Sequence record: HM173637
From: Escherichia phage HK75
Reading direction: 5' to 3' (one strand)
DNA: 36,661 bases
Under the pieces are notes generated by a model that searched no databases, was not told where the DNA came from, and saw nothing but the letters and a program-made list of their open reading frames with translations. Positions 34,118-36,661 of this stretch are shown here, one piece after another. The stretch's first letter is position 1. The number at the start of each line of letters is the position of its first letter. Both the position numbers and the translations under genes were made by a program.

Positions 34118-34441
34118 ATGAAGATGCCAGAAAAAAATGACCTGTTAGCCGCCATTCTCGCGGCAAAGGAACAAGGCATCGGGGCAATCCTTGCGTTTGC
34201 AATGGCGTACCTTCGCGGCAGATATAATGGCGGTGCGTTTACAAAAACAGTAATCGACGCAACGATGTGCGCCATTATCGCCTGGTTCATTCGTGACCTT
34301 CTCGGCTTCGCCGGACTAAGTAGCAATCTCGCTTATATAACGAGCGTGTTTATCGGCTACATCGGTACTGACTCGATTGGTTCGCTTATCAAACGCTTCG
34401 CTGCTAAAAAAGCCGGAGTAGAAGATGGTGGAAATCAATAA
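34118..34441 (+). CDS. S: Class I holin (lambda S-like, dual-start)
   Basis: 107 aa beginning MKMPEK (Met1/Met3 dual-start motif), three TM segments, near-identical to recalled lambda S. Confidence 0.9.
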   Translation: MKMPEKNDLLAAILAAKEQGIGAILAFAMAYLRGRYNGGAFTKTVIDATMCAIIAWFIRDLLGFAGLSSNLAYITSVFIGYIGTDSIGSLIKRFAAKKAGVEDGGNQ

Positions 34442-34901
34442 TCAACGTAAGGCGTTCCTCGATATGCTGGCATGGTCAGAGGGAACTGATAACGGACGTC
34501 AGAAAACCAGAAATCATGGTTATGACGTCATTGTAGGAGGAGAGCTATTCACTGATTACTCCGATCACCCTCGCAAACTTGTCACGCTAAACCCCAAACT
34601 CAAATCAACAGCCGCCGGACGCTACCAGCTTCTTTCCCGTTGGTGGGATGCCTACCGTAAGCAGCTTGGCCTGAAAGACTTCTCTCCGAAAAGCCAGGAC
34701 GCTGTGGCATTGCAGCAGATTAAGGAGCGTGGCGCTTTGCCGATGATTGATCGTGGTGATATTCGTCAGGCAATTGACCGTTGCAGCAATATCTGGGCTT
34801 CACTGCCGGGCGCTGGTTATGGTCAGTTCGAGCATAAGGCTGACAGCCTGATTGCAAAATTCAAAGAGGCTGGCGGAACGGTCAGAGAGATTGAGGTATG
34901 A
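34425..34901 (+). CDS. R: Endolysin (lambda R-like lytic transglycosylase)
   Basis: 158 aa, near-identical to recalled lambda R. Confidence 0.9.
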   Translation: MVEINNQRKAFLDMLAWSEGTDNGRQKTRNHGYDVIVGGELFTDYSDHPRKLVTLNPKLKSTAAGRYQLLSRWWDAYRKQLGLKDFSPKSQDAVALQQIKERGALPMIDRGDIRQAIDRCSNIWASLPGAGYGQFEHKADSLIAKFKEAGGTVREIEV

Positions 34902-35335
34902 GCAGAGTCACCGCGATTATCTCCGCTCTGGTTATCTGCATCATCGTCTGCCTGTCATGGGCGGTTAATCATTACCGTGATAACGCCATCTCCTACAAAG
35001 AGCAGCGCGATAAAGCCACATCCATCATCGCTGATATGCAGAAGCGTCAACGTGATGTAGCAGAACTCGACGCCAGATACACAAAGGAGCTTGCTGATGC
35101 TAACGCGACTATCGAAAGTCTCCGTGCTGATGTTTCTGCTGGTCGTAAGCGCCTGCAAGTCGCCGCCACCTGTGCAAAGTCAACGACCGGAGCCAGCGGC
35201 ATGGGCGATGGAGAAAGCCCAAGACTTACAGCAGATGCTGAACTCAATTATTACCGTCTCCGAAGTGGAATCGACAAGATAACCGCGCAGGTTAACTACC
35301 TGCAGGAATACATCAGGACGCAATGCCTGAAATAA
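34898..35335 (+). CDS. Rz: i-spanin Rz
   Basis: 145 aa, N-terminal TM helix, coiled-coil periplasmic domain, follows R. Confidence 0.8.
   Translation: MSRVTAIISALVICIIVCLSWAVNHYRDNAISYKEQRDKATSIIADMQKRQRDVAELDARYTKELADANATIESLRADVSAGRKRLQVAATCAKSTTGASGMGDGESPRLTADAELNYYRLRSGIDKITAQVNYLQEYIRTQCLK
35091..35282 (+). CDS. Rz1: o-spanin Rz1 lipoprotein embedded in Rz (+1 frame)
   Basis: Signal peptide with lipobox ending in Cys (LVVSAC), Pro-rich mature region, entirely within Rz. Confidence 0.7.
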   Translation: MLMLTRLSKVSVLMFLLVVSACKSPPPVQSQRPEPAAWAMEKAQDLQQMLNSIITVSEVESTR

Positions 35336-35367
35336 TTTTTTTGCAAATCACAAAGTCAATTTAATGA

Positions 35368-35392
35368 GCCTCGCGAAAAGCGGGGCTTTTTT
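35368..35392 (+). terminator. Intrinsic terminator after the lysis cassette
   Basis: GCCTCGC-gaaaa-GCGGGGC followed by TTTTTT. Confidence 0.55.
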
Positions 35393-35543
35393 ATGTCCGC
35401 AGTAAACCGCGCATTCTCGTGCGCATATCAACCAAGAGCTTTTCGGGATATGAGACAGAGACAGGACGGTGGCTTACATCGTGCCGCTCTTGGGCTGTCC
35501 ATGTCTGCGAGAACTGGCTCATATCACCAAAAAGGTAAATACG

Positions 35544-35840
35544 ATGTCCAATATCATCCCGATTGATTTCGAAGGCCATCCCATGCGTTTTTCTGACGAT
35601 GGCTGGTTTGACGCGACTGCGGCAGCTGACAAGTTCAACAAGGAGCCGGCTCAGTGGCTTAGGCTTCCTGAGACTGTCCGTTACATCGAGGCGTTAAAGA
35701 GTAGATATGGGAATATCACATATGTAAAAACCAGCCGCGCTCGCAAAGACCGTGGTGGCGGACTGATGGAAAGACATCGGTTATTGCAGAGGTCATTCAA
35801 TGAGTGGTCTCGACAATGGCTTATACCCTACACGGGATAA
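35544..35840 (+). CDS. KilA-N domain protein (tentative)
   Basis: 98 aa from ATG 35544; IIPIDFEGHPMRF...DGWFDATAAADKFNKEPAQWLRL pattern resembles KilA-N/APSES-type domains. Confidence 0.4.
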   Translation: MSNIIPIDFEGHPMRFSDDGWFDATAAADKFNKEPAQWLRLPETVRYIEALKSRYGNITYVKTSRARKDRGGGLMERHRLLQRSFNEWSRQWLIPYTG

Positions 35841-35977
35841 CTTAACTGATATCCCTTTTAACGGATAAACGGAGCCAACAATGGCAGAGATTATTCTCAT
35901 GACTGAAGAACAGAAATTCCAGTTAGAGATTTACAAACTGGTCATGAACCAGAACGCCGCCGTGCATGGAGACTGGC

Positions 35978-36319
35978 ATGAACAAAGAGCCCCGCGTATA
36001 TGGCAGCCGATGGGATAAGGCCCGTCTGCGTTTTCTCCAGCAGCACCCACTGTGTGTGATGTGCGAGCAGCAGGGGCGCATAACACCAGCAACGGTGGTC
36101 GACCATATCGTGCCCCACAAACTGAAAGATGCGCTTAAGTCAGGTAACCCTCTGGCCATATCGAAAGCACAGCTCCTGTTCTGGAGTAAAGAGAACTGGC
36201 AGCCACTGTGCAAAGCGCATCATGACTCAACGAAACAGAGAATGGAGAAGAGCGGCGCGGTAATCGGTTGTGATGCCAACGGCTACCCGCTCGATCCTGC
36301 GTCTCACTGGAGCACGTAA
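35978..36319 (+). CDS. HNH endonuclease (terminase-associated type)
   Basis: 113 aa from ATG 35978 (GGAG RBS); CxxC, DHIVPH and CKAHH HNH motifs; sits just upstream of the cos/terminase region in genome order. Confidence 0.75.
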   Translation: MNKEPRVYGSRWDKARLRFLQQHPLCVMCEQQGRITPATVVDHIVPHKLKDALKSGNPLAISKAQLLFWSKENWQPLCKAHHDSTKQRMEKSGAVIGCDANGYPLDPASHWST

Positions 36320-36522
36320 TGAAAGACCTCATCATTGAATACCGAGACGGTAAGTTTGTTCAGCTGGCGATTGATGGCGTGGAGATGAAGCACGTAACAT
36401 CTATCCAGTTCTCCCACACCGCAGGCGAGGACGTACCGACATTGACCGTGTCAGGACATGTGTGGTCCGAGTATGGGGAAGGCGATCACAAACTCGAACA
36501 GGTAGACAAACATTCGGCATAG
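36319..36522 (+). CDS. Hypothetical small protein
   Basis: 67-aa ORF coupled (ATGA overlap) to the HNH gene. Confidence 0.35.
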   Translation: MKDLIIEYRDGKFVQLAIDGVEMKHVTSIQFSHTAGEDVPTLTVSGHVWSEYGEGDHKLEQVDKHSA

Positions 36523-36606
36523 CGCGGCGGCGGCAAGTCGATTATCTATCATGTGAAATCATTTCAAATGCAACGATATCAAATGAGAATGAATCGCATT
36601 CAGGGC

Positions 36607-36619
36607 GGGGGGGGGGGGG
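36607..36619. repeat. Homopolymeric G13 tract in the putative cos region
   Basis: 13 consecutive G between the last ORF and the window end; flanked by GCGGCGGCGG (36523-36535) and its inverted copy CCGCCGCC (36651-36658). Confidence 0.6.
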
Positions 36620-36661
36620 ATCAAATCTTCAAAATCTTTGCCCCAAATGACCGCCGCCAAA

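Larger units (their letters stand above)
1..36661. mobile_element. Near-complete mosaic lambdoid temperate phage genome in vegetative (cos-to-cos-like) gene order
   Basis: Continuous order terS-terL-portal-protease-capsid-tail-attP-int-xis-early left-cI/cro/cII-O/helicase-nin-Q-S/R/Rz-HNH; attP core is intact rather than split into attL/attR. Confidence 0.8.

Noticed and set aside
34102-34326. 74-aa minus-strand ORF overlapping the holin gene
   Set aside because: Antisense to a near-lambda-identical holin gene; no independent support.
35391-35579. 62-aa minus-strand ORF overlapping the start of the KilA-N-like gene
   Set aside because: Overlaps the lysis-cassette terminator and a plus-strand gene with a good RBS; no RBS of its own.
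35881-36018. 45-aa plus-strand ORF with GGAG RBS overlapping the 5' end of the HNH gene in another frame
   Set aside because: Possible but unsupported; it overlaps the HNH start region by about 40 nt and has no recognisable features, so it is left unannotated pending conservation or expression data.
1-36661. Insertion sequences, transposases, toxin-antitoxin pairs, restriction-modification or other recognisable multi-gene defence systems
   Set aside because: No ORF in the window shows transposase-like (DDE), methyltransferase or nuclease/ATPase defence-type signatures by eye; the only candidate accessory functions are the small cassettes reported in the findings.

Overview
The 36.7-kb window reads as an essentially complete, mosaic lambdoid temperate phage genome of the Enterobacteriaceae type, laid out in vegetative rather than integrated order. 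In sequence it carries: terminase small and large subunits; HK97-type portal, prohead protease, major capsid and head-tail joining genes; a lambda-type tail module (major tail protein with Ig-like C-terminus, G/T chaperone pair with a probable -1 frameshift, tape measure, M, L, K, I, J); post-J accessory genes and a tail fibre; an attP region holding the 3' 46 nt of a tRNA-Thr(CGU) gene between 16-bp arm-type repeats; a P22-like tyrosine integrase and excisionase; an early-left operon (N-like, cIII-like, small Kil-position ORFs, Rad52/Erf-type annealing protein, SSB, unknown genes); a cI/cro/cII immunity region with two identical operators; an O-like initiator with six iterons plus a DnaB-type helicase; a nin region (NinB, NinE, NinF, Rha/ANT antirepressor, YbcO-like, RusA, NinH, Q-like); pR'/tR'; a lambda-type S/R/Rz/Rz1 lysis cassette; and KilA-N and HNH genes beside a probable cos region. 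Five things are not explained by the standard lambdoid blueprint: (i) two paralogous small single-pass membrane-protein cassettes, each with its own strong RBS and intrinsic terminator, inserted inside the tail-assembly operon; (ii) a lipoprotein moron after J; (iii) a tRNA-like element in the Q-holin leader with all four arms but a ~59-nt insertion; (iv) an SSB whose conserved acidic DDDIPF tip is internal because of a 15-residue C-terminal extension; (v) a block of unassignable small genes between xis and ssb. All family assignments were made by eye from the translations and recalled reference sequences; none has been checked against a database.
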